Assembly (NCBI RefSeq): GCF_009914755.1
Contig: NC_060936.1
Length of the DNA: 64,000 bases
From: the human T2T-CHM13v2.0 reference genome, Homo sapiens
Strand: one strand, 5' to 3'
A model generated the notes under the pieces. That model was not told the DNA's origin, did no database searches, and saw nothing but the letters and a program-made list of their open reading frames with translations. Shown piece by piece: positions 18,785-38,112 of the stretch; the first letter of the stretch is position 1; every line of letters begins with the position of its first letter. The position numbers were made by a program, and so were the translations under genes.

Positions 18785-19160
18785 TGATAATTTGAATAGG
18801 AATATCTGGGAAGAACCTGAGGACTCAGCCTAGCAAGCTCTTGTGATAGACTTTGAATAGCAGTATCTGCGAAGAACCTGAGGCCTCAGCCTAGCAAACT
18901 CTTCTGATAGACTTTGAATAGGAATGTCTGGGAAGAACCTGAGGACTCAGCCTAGCAAACTCTTCTGATAGACTTTGAATAGGAGTATCTGGGAAGAACC
19001 TGAGGACTCAGCCTAGCAAACTCTTCTGATAGACTTTGAATAGGAATGTCTGGGAAGAACCTGAGGACTCAGCCTAGCAAACTCTTCTGATAGACTTTGA
19101 ATAGGAGTATCTGGGAAGAACCTGAGGACTCAGCCTAGCAAACTCTTCTGATAGACTTTG
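18785..19160. repeat. 61-bp minisatellite, about 6.2 copies
   Basis: Unit TGATAGACTTTGAATAGGAATGTCTGGGAAGAACCTGAGGACTCAGCCTAGCAAACTCTTC at 18785 (shorter), 18844, 18905, 18966, 19027, 19088, partial at 19149. Confidence 0.97.
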
Positions 19161-19788
19161 CACTGCAGATGCTTCATTTAAGGCTATAGAGTAGATGTTG
19201 GCAATATATAAAATTCAAACTTGAGTGTCCATAAATAACTGTTGTTGGAACATGGCTAAATATATTTGTGTATTATTTGACTGCTTTTGCACAGCCATGG
19301 CACAGTTGAGTAGTTGAGGTATAAAAAACCTGCCACCTCCTGATACAGATAGAACCCCTTCCCTTTTCTGGGAAAATGTGGAATTTGCCTTGCAGGAGGA
19401 AGCTTATTCTGCCAGTTCCCCATGGCTTATTTTTACCAGTTTGGTAACAATAATCTACACTAAACATGCCCTGGGATGGGATTGCTCATTTAGGAAAATA
19501 TGTAGAATTCATAGAGCATTGCAGGAATGAGTAATGTATCAAAACTTCTCAGCATGACAACACCCAGGGCAACGTGACAAAACCCTGTCTACAAAAGTTT
19601 CTTAAAAGCTGGTTACAGCGGTGCATACCTGCAATCCCAGCTACTCAGGAGGTTGAGGCAGGAGGATCACTTGAGCCCAGGAGGTCAAGGATGCAGTGAG
19701 CTGCACTGTACTCCAGTCTGGGCAACAGTGAGACCCTGTCTCAAAAAAAAAGTTGGGGGAGGGGGTAAATACTTGTGAAATCCTTTGA

Positions 19789-20181
<393 letters not shown>

Positions 20182-20477
20182 TGACCATGATGATGGTTTT
20201 AAAAGTTAGCTGTAGCAGCTAAGGCAAGACCAGATCCAACACTGGCTTATGGCAAGGGGAAGAACAAAAGTCAGGAACTTTGCCATAATCTAGAAGAAAG
20301 AATGATAATGCTTTGTGACATGCTGGATTGTATCCATTATGTGTTCCTAAGACCCTCAGCCCTCTCCCTCCACCAAGACCCAATAAAAGTGTGTTATTGA
20401 AAGTAGTAGCTACTGGCCGGGCGTGGTGGCTCACGCCTGTAATCCCAGCACTTTGGGAGGCCAAGGTGGGTGGATCA

Positions 20478-20783
<306 letters not shown>

Positions 20784-21849
20784 TCACTTGCATCGGCCTC
20801 AATTATCAACTTGTGGCAAAAGAATAAGAAAGAGAACTAAAAAATGAAAAAAAATAAGATGCTTTCCTATGGTCCCAGCTACTTGGGAGGCTGAGGCAGG
20901 AGTGTCGCTTCAGCCCAGAAGGTTGAGGATGCAGTGAGCCATGATTGTATTTCAGCCTGGATGACAGGGCAAGACCTCATATCTGTAAAAAGTAAAAATA
21001 AATAAACAAACTATATAATAATAATACAGAAGACAAATGTCAATGTTGCTGAAAAGCCAAAAGAAGCCAAGAGGACAGTCTTCTGAGTAGAGGGCATAGG
21101 AGTTCCCAAAGAGGAAAGTCCAGTCTGAGATCAGGCTGGAGGCCAAAAGGAACTCTTGACCTGAGACAGTTGGAAATATTACTTCTACTGGCAAATAAAA
21201 GTGCTTCAAGCAGACGTTTATTTAGAAATTCATGCTGCATGTTTATTGATGGAATGTTTGTGTGACTCTTTAATAGAAGTCTGAACTAGGTATGCCATAT
21301 ATTTCCATATATCTTCATTTGTCTTGGGGGTAAGTGTTGAGAGAAGGAAGTGGCTTTTGGTTTTGTGAGTGTCTTGAAGATCTAAGGTTTATTGTGAAAA
21401 AGTGTAGGGGTAATTTTTTTTTTTTTTTTTTTTGAGACAGAGTCTCACTGTGTCACCCATGCTGGAGTGCAGTGGCGTGATCTCGGCTCACTGCAACTTC
21501 CGCCTCTGGGGTTCAGGTGATTCTCCTGCCTCAGCCTCCTGAGTAGCTGGGATTACAGGCACCTGCCACCACACCTGGCTAATTTTTGTATTTTTAGTAG
21601 AGATGGGGTTTCACCATTTTGGCCAGGATGGTCTCAAACTCCTGACCTCAGGTGATCCACCCGCCTTGGCCTCCCAAAGTGCTAGGATTACAGGCATGAG
21701 CCATCGTACCCGGCCAGAGCATCCTTAATTTTTAAAAACAATTTAGCTACTTTTTTTTTTTTTTTTTTTAACTATTTTAAGAGCATCACAGTAAAAGGAA
21801 AATAACAGCTCACTTTGGGGCCAAAGTCTAAAATTTAAAATCAGCCCTA

Positions 21850-22167
<318 letters not shown>

Positions 22168-22249
22168 TTATGAGATACCATCATTGGAGGTTGTAAGGAT
22201 GGGAATATTAGTTGAAAGTCTGATATTTTATCATTGAGTTGCCCTTTTC

Positions 22250-25800
<3,551 letters not shown>

Positions 25801-25984
25801 CATTTTATTTATATATTTATATTTTGCCTCAAAAAAGGCAAAAAAGAAGATATAATAATTATAAACATGTATGTACCTAATAACAGCACCAAAATACATG
25901 AAGCAAAATCTGACAGAAATGAAGAGAGACAACTCAACAATACTAGTTGGAGACTTAATATCCCACTTTCAATATTAGAACAAT

Positions 25985-27185
<1,201 letters not shown>

Positions 27186-27412
27186 TTACAAATTCATTAT
27201 CATTGTGTAAATTCTATATTACTTTTTAAACTTTCATGTTTTGTGGAGTCATTTCTAAATCAAATCATTAAAAAGAGGCCAGGTGTGGTGACTCACGCCT
27301 GTAATCCCAGCACTTTGGAAGGCCAAGGTGGGCGGATCACTTGAGGTCAGGAGTTTGAGACCAGTCTAGCCAACATGGTGATAGCCCCTGTTTACCAAAA
27401 ATACAAAAATTA

Positions 27413-27553
<141 letters not shown>

Positions 27554-28955
27554 TCACACACAAAAAATTAAAGTCATTAAAAAGAAAAACTGAATTTTGC
27601 AAAATTATTGGATGTCAGTATATTCAAATCAATTTTATTTCTATATATCAGAAAAATAATATAAAATGGGATTTAACAAATTGAATCAATTTTCAGTGGC
27701 ATCAAAATACAAAATAGATACAAATCTTATGGTGTTGGAACTGTTCAGCATCTTGAAGGTGGTTGTTGATACATGAACCTACACTGGTGATAACATTGAA
27801 CAGAACTTAATATACACACATACATACAAAGTATAAGTAAAACTGGGGAAATGTTAAGTATTGTGTGTCAGTACTCTGGCTGTGATATGCTGTAGTGTTG
27901 CAAAATGTTAGCATTGGGGGAAACTGGGAAAAGTGTATAAGGGATCTCTGCATTATTTTGTATACTCTAGGTGAAACTATCTCAATACAAATTTAATTAA
28001 AACAAAATAAATCTGATAAAGATGTAAAAGAATAAAGAGACTATTATCCAGTTGATAAAATATGCAACTATGAAATAAACTGAACAAATTGAACAAGCTT
28101 GAACAAATTGAATCATCAATATGTTCAAGTCCTAGACATTTAATAGTGATAAATGTTATTCCCCAAATACTGTATGTAGTATAACATCTTTGTTAAAGGC
28201 CAAGATAAAGCAAAATGGAGTTATACATTGTTTAGGCATATGTGTTTATGTGACAAAACAACGGGGAAAAAAAGCTAGAAAATGATAATCAAAATCTTTA
28301 GGATAGTGTCTACACCCTGTGGAAGAAGCAGTGAGTTGGAAAAAGGGAACACTAAGTAGAGGCTTCAAGTTATTTTTAATTTTCTGTTTGGGTGAAAGAT
28401 TCAAGAGCATTCGTGAGAATGTACTTGTAACTAGTATTTGATGAACAGGGGCTATACAACAGTTTAGATTTTAAAAAATTATGGGAGAATACTAAGGATA
28501 ACCATACGCCAGTCAAATAAAAATAGATAACACATTTTTCAGTTTTCTAGAATACTGCACATTATCAAAACTGACCAAAGCAGAAAAAGCAAGACTGAAT
28601 AAAATCAACAATAAATAACAAAATTGAATTGGAGTATCAAAAGCTTCCCTCAGTGAAATATAGCAAAGCCCAGATGGATGTCCAATAAAATTTTAGCAAA
28701 CATTAAGGACTTGATTATCATTATGTAAGCAGTATTAGAGAATTTTTAAAATATAGATTACTTCCAAATTCACCTAGAAATTCTTTTATAACCTTTACAC
28801 CAAATCAGGATAGAGACAGTAGAAGAAAAAATAAATACAGGTCAATCTAATATATGAAAATTTTCTGAGTAAATGAAATCCAGGTCTCTTTCGCCATACA
28901 TTTGTATATGAGGTTGAACCATAGGAAATTACAATAATCAACCATGTTTTACATA

Positions 28956-31826
28956 TGTGGCAGATTTTATTTTCTGAAGTAGGCTATGACTAGCTTCCAT
29001 CTCATCTCCTCTTCTACAGTGTGATCTTGCCACTCCTCCCACTTATAGTCTTGCCCCATCCTTTGAGTTTTGTTGGCTTGTGAGTCACTTGTAGCCAAAA
29101 GAATGTGGAGGAAGTGATCATGTAACTTCGCAGGATATAAAAAGCCATGCGGCTTCTGCCTTGATTGCAGAGATCCTTCATTTGCCATGTAAGCAGTCCT
29201 TGAAGCTGCAGTACTAGGAGGAAATCTCAAATAATCCATATAGAGAAACCACATAGAGAGGCTCTGAGATGACATAAAGAGATGCTTGTTCAGCCCCATA
29301 TGCTCCCGTTCCATGCCTTTCTGGCTCCATGAGAAATTCTGACCCAGAACGGCTCAGTCAGACCTCTCCTGAATCCCTGACAAACAGGAACCATCAGAAA
29401 TAATAACGTCTTTGTTGCTATTTGTGCTATAATGTTTTGAGGTGATACGTTAGACTACAGTAGTGATTGGAATAGAAATTTAGTGTTGGAAGTGGGGTCC
29501 TACTTACATGCATCACTGGCCTTGGCACTGGATGATGAGCAGAATCTGAAAGGCCCTTGAGTAAAATATCAGTAAAACCCAGTGGGCTTTGGGGATGGTA
29601 TTAGCAGAGTCTAAAAGTCATCAAGGAGGTTGCTGGTGAGAGCTTGAAGGAACACAAGGAAAGCATTATTGAAACATGGAGAAAATGAGACTTTTTTATG
29701 TAGTGACAGGTTTATCAACACTGTCACCTAATGTAAATGGAAAATAGAAGATGTACCTCATGACCTCAGTGATAGAGCTAAGTGTTTTCTAGACCCAGTG
29801 TTCAGGATGCTACCTGGCTCCTCATTGCTTATAATAAGATGAGAGGAAAGAGAACTAAAAAATGAACCATTCCATGGAGGAAATGGTAAACAGTCTTTTC
29901 AGCTTGTAAAGCATTCTCAAAGTACGAAAGCTCCTCAGGGAAAAGATGTAATCCAAGGCTGGCTATAATACCCTTATGTAAGATTCCAGAAAGATCTGAA
30001 GCGGTGCCTCCTGACCCCCTTCAATGAATAAACAAAAAAGACTTCTAAGGACTTGAGAGAATGCTTCTGTGAGCCCTCTCTCATAAGCAACAGAACTGCT
30101 AAGAATTTTAAGGGTGAGGTCCCACAAAAGGCCCACTGAGAGCCCATAGTAGAGAAAGTCTTATTAAGAGATTTTTGGGGTGTGGCTTTTGTCTAATGGA
30201 ATGGGTTGTACACAGATAGCTAAAAATCCCACACGTTCTTAAAAACAGTGATGCTAACTTTACAGATAAGGACAAACTGTATAAAAAAAGATATTTGAAC
30301 TCTCAACCTTTTTGCTCAGGAAGGAGGTTGAGAAGGATACTCACTTGCAAACATGGTCACATTTTATGAAAAACCATGGATGACTCAGAGAGCAGAACTA
30401 AGATCCAGAGGGTAGAGCAAAGAGCCATGGAGGAGAAGTCCAAGAAAGCAGAACCAAACCCTAATCACCGAACTGGTAATGGGTACCCAGTAGGATTTAT
30501 GGATTTCTATGGAACAGTGACTACTGTGTGCCTCCTCTTGTCCCCATTTTTGAATAGGAGTATTGGTAACAGTTTTTCTGTGTCTGCCCCACTGTTACGT
30601 TCTGGGTGTGTAAGATGAAAATAACTTGTCTCATATTTCACAGGCATTCAGATTGGGAGAAATAGCACCTCAGGAACTGCATCCTCAAGAGTCCCATCTG
30701 CACCTGTAGCAGAGTTTGACGATGAGATCCTGGTCTTCAATCTGATATTATAACGGGATGAGACATTGGGATCTTGGGGGAGGAGATGGCTGTACTTTGC
30801 ATGGGGGGGATGTGAATTGTTACAGCCAGAGGGCAGACCGTGGTAATCCCAAACATGGCCAAAACAGTATCTCCTATCACACATTCTCTTCCACAGTGTG
30901 CCTGCTATATATTTCTCCCATGAGAGTTGAGGTCGACACCAGCTCCTTGAACCTGGGTGGACTTGTAATTTGCCTGTAGCCAACAGAATGCAGCAGAAAT
31001 AGGCCAGGTGCAGTGGCTCATACCTGTAATCCCAGAGCTTCAGGAGGCCAAGGCAGGAAAATTGCTTGAGCCCAGGAGTTTGAGACCAGCCTGGGAAACA
31101 CAGTGAGACCCCGTTTCTATTTAAGAAAGAAAAAAAAGAATGCAGCAGAGATGAAGCTGTGTAACTTCCAAAGCTAGGTCATAAAAGGTGATGCAGCTTC
31201 CATCTTGTCACTGGAATTCACACTCTTGAACCATTCAGCAGCCATATAAGCAGTCCAATGGCCCTGAGCTGCCCTGCAGTAAGAAAGCCCAAACTAGCTC
31301 ACACACAGACTACATCAAGAGTGAGAGATGCCTAAAACACCCCCAGGCATTCCAGCCCCTTCTGTTCTAGATCTAGCCTTAGAAAAAGCTGCCTAGCTGA
31401 GCCTATCTTGAATTTCTGACCCAGGAAACTATTAGATATAATAAGTCACTTTTTTTTTTTTTTGAGATGCACTCTCACTCTTTCCCAGGCTGGAGTGCAG
31501 TGGCACGATCCTGGCTCACTGCAGCCTCCTCCTACTGGGTTCAAGCAGTTCTCTGCCTCAGCCTCCCAAGTAGCTGGGATTACAGGTGCTCGCCACCATA
31601 CTTGGCTAATTTTTGTATTTTTAGTAGAGATGGGGTTTCACCATCTTGGGCAGGCTGGTCTTGAACTCCTGACCTCATGATCCACCTGCCTCGGCCTCCC
31701 AAAGTGCTGGGATTACAGGCGTGAGCCACTGCGCCTGGCCAATAAGTCTCTTTTTTTAGGTAATCAAGTTAAAATAATAAGTCACTAAATTTTGAGGTGT
31801 TCTGTTATGTAGAAGAGTGACTGGAC
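28956..31826 (+). mobile_element. MLT1 (G/H-like) LTR-internal-LTR relic with Alu insertions
   Basis: Two similar LTRs starting near 28956 and 30839; MaLR internal start AGAAATTTAGTGTTGGAAGTGGGG; GCCAGAGGGCAGAC just before the second LTR. Confidence 0.65.
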
Positions 31827-32572
31827 CAACCCATAAAAAGGACAACTTCATATAGTTCAACTTTTTTTTTTTTTTTTGATACAGAGTCTCGTTCTGTCAC
31901 CCAGGCTGGAGTGCAGTGGCATAATTTCAGCTCATGGCAACCTCCGCCTCCAAGGTTCAAGTGATTATCATGCCTCAGCCTCCCAAGTAGCTGAGATTAC
32001 GGGCACCTGCCACCACGCCTGGCTAATGTTTGTATTTTTAGTAGAGGTGGGGTTTCACCATGTTGACTAGGCTGGTCTCGAACTCCTGACCTCAGGTGAT
32101 CTGCCCGCCTTGGCCTCCCAAAGTGCTGGGATTACAGGCATGAGCCACTGCATCTGGCCTAGTTCAACTTTATAAATAAATATGTCAAAGATAATTCAAT
32201 ATTAAAGTTTATATATTTATCATTTTAACCAAATAATGTAGAAATAGAGTGATATGAAACATAAATACCTATATAGGTTAAGAAAAATATTCAATAAATT
32301 GGAACAATTCTTTGTTATAAAATTCTTAAGAAACTCAGAATAAAATGCAACACCTTTTTACGATTATAAACCCCTCAGCAAACATACTTCAAGCAGAACC
32401 TTACGAACAGTATAATTAAAATGAGGAACCGCTGAGATCACTGCTCTCTCATTATTTCTCCCCGGCGTTGAGCTGGAGTCCTAACCAATGTGGTAAGACA
32501 AGGAATGAAGATTAAGAGGTATATGGGCTGGAAAGAAAGAGGAATGTTTGTGGTTATTTGCAAGCAAGATCT

Positions 32573-32945
32573 TGTGATGATTAATGTTAGGTGTCAGCTT
32601 GACTGGATTAAAGGATACCCAGATAGCTGGCGAAGTATTATTTCTGGCTATGCCTGTGGGGGTTTTTCCAGACGAGACTGGCATTTGAATCAGGTAAGGA
32701 AGATTCACCCTCACCCAATGTGAGTGGGCACTGTCCAATCTGTTGAGGGCCCAGACAGAAGAAAAAGGCTGACGAGAGGTGAATTCTCTCTCTCCTGGAG
32801 CTGAGACATCATCTTCTTCTGCCCTTCAACATCAGAACCTAAGGTTCCTGGGCTTTCAGCCTCCAACTGGGAGTTATGCCACAGGCTTCCCTGGTTTTGA
32901 GGCCTTGGTACTTGGACTGAGCCACTCTTCCAGCTTCCCACCCGG
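32573..32945 (+). mobile_element. MLT2 (ERVL) LTR fragment
   Basis: TGTGATGATTAATGTTAGGTGTCAGCTTGACTGGATTAAAGGATACCCAGATAGCTGG. Confidence 0.75.
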
Positions 32946-33887
32946 AGTGGGAACCTATGGTTCCTTTTCCTGGCCGTCCATGGCCGCCCATGAACCAATC
33001 GGCAAGCACTTCCTCCTCTCTCAGACCCGTACAAACCACAGGCTCAGCCAGAGGTGATCAGATGGGGGACCATCTGCCTGCAGAGAGGAGCCAGTCACTC
33101 TAGGGCCTCCTCTCCGCTGAGAGCTGAGCCCTCATCAGGACAACCAGCTGCAGAGAGGAGGTACCCTCTGTGCAAGGAGCTAAACACTGGGGGACACGCT
33201 AGCTGCAGATAGGAGCTGCCCCCTGCGGTCTCCTCTGAGCTATTCTATCACTCAATAAAGCTCCCCTTCGTCTTGCTCACCCTCACTTGTCTGCCTACCT
33301 ACTTCTTTCTGGTCGCAGGACAAGAACTCAGGACCCGCTGAATGGCAAGGCTGAAAGAGCTGTAACACACACAGCTGAAACATGCCCCTTGCTTGCCACA
33401 TTGTGGGTGAAGAGAAAAAGAGAAGAGCTTCAGCCCTTCGAGGAGCCCAGACCTGGGAGATCTTTGAGCCAGGGCTGTGACTTCCTCTTTGGGGACCTGT
33501 GGTGTTTGGGGTCTCCAAGCCTTTGGGCAACACCGCATTCTCCAGTGCCAGCCATGGAAGCTGCTTGTGGTGTCCCTAGTCCAGCCGCAGCCTCACAGAG
33601 AGCTGGCACCCCTGCTGGCACCTGGAGCTGCCTGCCCCACAGCAGCAGCCAGTGTGTCGGTGCAGTGGCTGAATCCCATGCTTGCTCACACACCCCTTGC
33701 TGCTCCACACCTGACTCTCAGTCTCCCTTAGAGGTGTGGGATCTGGGCTGGTAGTGTGAGCTGAGAACAGCATGCTAGGCCAAGGGGGCAGAATGAGCCC
33801 AGCGAGCCTGAGCAAAACTCGAGCAAAGGTGCCACTGGCCACAGAGGTTCCTGACAAGAAAAGTGACACCTCAAAGATCCCATAACA
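32945..33887 (+). mobile_element. MER52-like ERV1 LTR
   Basis: CCAAT box, repeated CTGCAGAGAGGAG, CAATAAAGCTC at 33253, terminus AAAGATCCCATAACA. Confidence 0.7.
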
Positions 33888-34001
33888 TTTTTTTTTTAAG
33901 AGTTTCGCTCTTGTCGCCCAGGCTGGAGTGCAATGGCGCAGTTGGCTCACTGCAACCTCTGCCTCCCGGGTTCAAGCAATTCTTCTGCCGCAGCCTCCTG
34001 A

Positions 34002-34244
<243 letters not shown>

Positions 34245-34968
34245 TAGGGCTTCAATATATGACTTAAGCGGCACATTCAGTCCATGATTCCACCAACTTC
34301 CAATAAGAAAACATACTATAGGCAGGGTGTGGCGGCTCACACCTGTAATTCCAGCACTTTGGGAGGCCGAGGTGGGTGGATCACCTGAGGTCAGGAGTTC
34401 AAGACAAGCCTGGCCAACATGGTGAAACCCCATCTCTACAAAAGTACCAAAAAAATTAGCTAGGCTTGGTGGCGAGCGCCTGTAATCCCAGCTGCTTGGG
34501 AGGTTGAGATGGAAGAATCACTTGAATCCTGGAGGTGGAGGTTGCATTGAGCCAAGATCATGCCATTGCACTGCAGCCTGGGTGACAGAGTAAGACTCCA
34601 TCTCAAAAACAACCAACAACAATAACAAAAAATACTATAAAAAACCCTCATATTCATTATAGCAATAGAAATAAGCTACTTAGAAATATATCTTATAAAA
34701 TGTTAAATTTAAAATGAGAACTGTCTGGGAATAAATCTTCCAAAAACCACATATAAACTGAAAAATTATGAATACAATAATGTTTTAAAGTTTGTAAAAG
34801 AAAAACTAAAAAATGGGCCGGGCATGGTGGCTCATGCCTGTAATCCCAGCACTTTGGGAGGCCGAAGCAGGTAGATCACGAGGTCATGAGATCGAGACCA
34901 TCCTGGCTAACACTGGGAGGCTGAAGCAGGTGGATCACGAGGTCATGAGATCGAGACCATCCTGGCTA

Positions 34969-35286
<318 letters not shown>

Positions 35287-35973
35287 TTATACCAAGTCAA
35301 CTGGCAAGGAGACAAGAGGCAATGCTCAGATCTGTCTCTGTGATTGGGGTGGGTCAAGTTTTTATGGCATTTCCAGCTAGACCCAGATGATGCCAATGCA
35401 GGCCTGTCAGGCTGGTGATGATAACAATTAGAAATTAAAGTTTTTGCATTGCATGTGCCAAGGCAATTTTGGCTGTGTGTGTACCTGCAACAATTTAAGA
35501 AATGGTTAATTTGTTTGAGCTGGTCCCACAGTTACAGGTACCCCCCTTTTTGTGCACTCCTCAATCTTGAGGGAAGTGGGGTGATGACCATTCTAGCTAC
35601 TTCATGCTTTCAAGTCACGCAGGTCTGAGTACAAAGAATGCATGAGTGGGGCTACTGACATACAAGATAGCTCTGCTCCATCTGTACCTTGACAAGAAGG
35701 AAAAGGAATCCCAACATACATACAATTATAGTTCTTAACTTAATTAGACCCTCAAAAATAGATCTTATCCATGATGGCATGAACAGAGGCCTGGCTGGCA
35801 TCTTGAGTGAGCTGTTTCCTTCAGCTGCCCTCTGTTTCTGGCCTTCTAGTTTGATCAGGCAGAGGCTGGTTTTAGACTCTAAAAGGAATGAAAATATGGA
35901 TAAATGGCTTTTCATTTATCTGGGGATCCAAGAGCCCTTTCAGTCTTTTGTTTTTTTCTGAAAAGTAACTGAA

Positions 35974-36143
35974 GATCAGTTAGGGGCTCACAAGTGTATT
36001 CCTGGGTGATCAGTTAGGGGCTCACGAATGTATTCCTGGGTGATCAGTTAGGGGCTCACGAATGTATTCCTGGGTGATCAGTTAGGGGCTCACGAATGTA
36101 TTCCTGGGTGATCAGTTAGGGGCTCACAAGTGTATTCCTGGGT
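35974..36143. repeat. 34-bp minisatellite, 5 copies
   Basis: Unit GATCAGTTAGGGGCTCACGAATGTATTCCTGGGT at 35974, 36008, 36042, 36076, 36110. Confidence 0.97.
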
Positions 36144-36511
36144 GGAGAAGTTAGTTTGGGCTTCTACAGCCATTTGGGGTTTGGATGACTTGGCCCTACT
36201 GCTTCCTGTTGTCTGTGGTAAGTGTAAGCTGTGTAATGACGGGTTGCAGAGAGTTTTAAATATGATCACATACTACTTTTTTATTGGAGATGGGATCTTG
36301 CTCTGTCACCCAGGCTGGAGTGCAGTGGACAGGTACAATCTTTACTGGTGATTGATGAACCCAGGGCTTGACTCCTTTTAACTTTATGAATGAATGAGTT
36401 ACCAGGAGAACTTCATAAGGGTCCATTCCATTTGGGCTGTATTTGGTGCTCAGGGTTGTGATTTTTCCAGATTTGAAGGGGTACTTGGTCTCCTGGGCTA
36501 GGGCATTGTAA

Positions 36512-36590
36512 AAGAACATCTATAGGAACAAAGAATATCTATAGGAACAAAGAACATCTGTAGGAACAAAGAACATCTATAGGAACAAAG
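36512..36590. repeat. 19-bp tandem repeat, 4 copies
   Basis: Unit AAGAACATCTATAGGAACA. Confidence 0.93.
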
Positions 36591-36604
36591 TTGCACCCAG
36601 AGAC

Positions 36605-36892
<288 letters not shown>

Positions 36893-38112
36893 TGAGTAGC
36901 TGGGATTACAAGTGCACACCACCACAACTGGCTAATTTTTTGTATTTTTAGTAGAGACAGGGTTTCACTATGTTGGCCAGACTGGTCTTGAACTCCTAAC
37001 CTCATGACCTACCCGCCTTGGCCTCCCCAAGTGCTGGGATTACAGGCCTGAGCCACTGTGCCTGGCCAGACTCTACATATTTTTTGGTATCTAGTTCTTT
37101 TACAATATGACTGTCTTAGGAATTTTAACAAAATTTAGTTTTAAGGAAGGGTTGCTCATAAAGCATTTCATAGGCGCCTAATTGGAGCTTGCTTTTAGGG
37201 TGACTCTTACTGTAAGCAGGGCAATAGGCAAGACCTTATCCCAGGCTAAGTTGATTTCTTGTTTTGGAATTCAAAATTTTTTTTGTAGAGATGGGGAGTC
37301 TCGCCATGTTGCCCAGGCTGGTCTTGAACTCCCAGCCTCAAGCGATGTTCCTGCCTCAGCCTCTCAAAGTGCTGGGATTACAGGTGTGAGCCACTGCACT
37401 TAGCCACAGTTAATAAGTTGGTTTCTTAATTTCCTTTTTCCCGGAAGTCAGCAAACCTCTGTCTTTCCATATGCCTCCCATGCATAAAAAAAAAAATGGA
37501 CAACTTAAGAAACAACCCCCCAATGTATAGAAATGTGTGTCAGCAGTAACCACTGAAACTCGCTATCTGCAGTTTCTGCATTTCTAATATTAGTCCAATT
37601 TTTAAAAATCCTGATGTAAGTCAGTATCCATATCTTGTTCCTAACTCCTCCTAATATTCTACCATTAAGAAGCACACTGGCTTTACGGTTAAAATCCTAT
37701 GGTTTTCTTTTTTTATCATGTTAAGGTAGCAAACAAATTTGCTATTTTTATAAAATCTAAAATATATTTTAAAATTAATTTTTTCATGTAATTGAAGTGA
37801 TTTTATTTTCCCCTTAACTTACTGCGATGGTAATATTAGTAGATTTTCTGATCAACTTTGTGTTTCTAGAATAGAATCCATTTGCTTATAGTATATTTTA
37901 GCAATGCACTGCCAGCTTCTCTCTGTTAATAACTTCTCAATATTGATGCTTGCATAATCTTAAGTTTGAGGTTTCTTTTCAAATCATACATTCATCAATT
38001 TTGGTATCTTTATGCTATTTAATAAATAGAAAATTTTCCTCCTTTTAATTCCTCTGGAATTGTTTTTTCAGCTTTACTAAAGGTATATCTGACAATTTAA
38101 AATTGTGTCTAG

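Noticed and set aside
18785-19160. CRISPR-like appearance of this array and those at 2526 and 35974
   Set aside because: Units are contiguous with no unique spacers, there are no cas genes, and the DNA is primate; these are minisatellites.
33252-33950. Cluster of 79-155 aa ORFs
   Set aside because: All lie in a GC-rich MER52-like LTR and show no protein motif.
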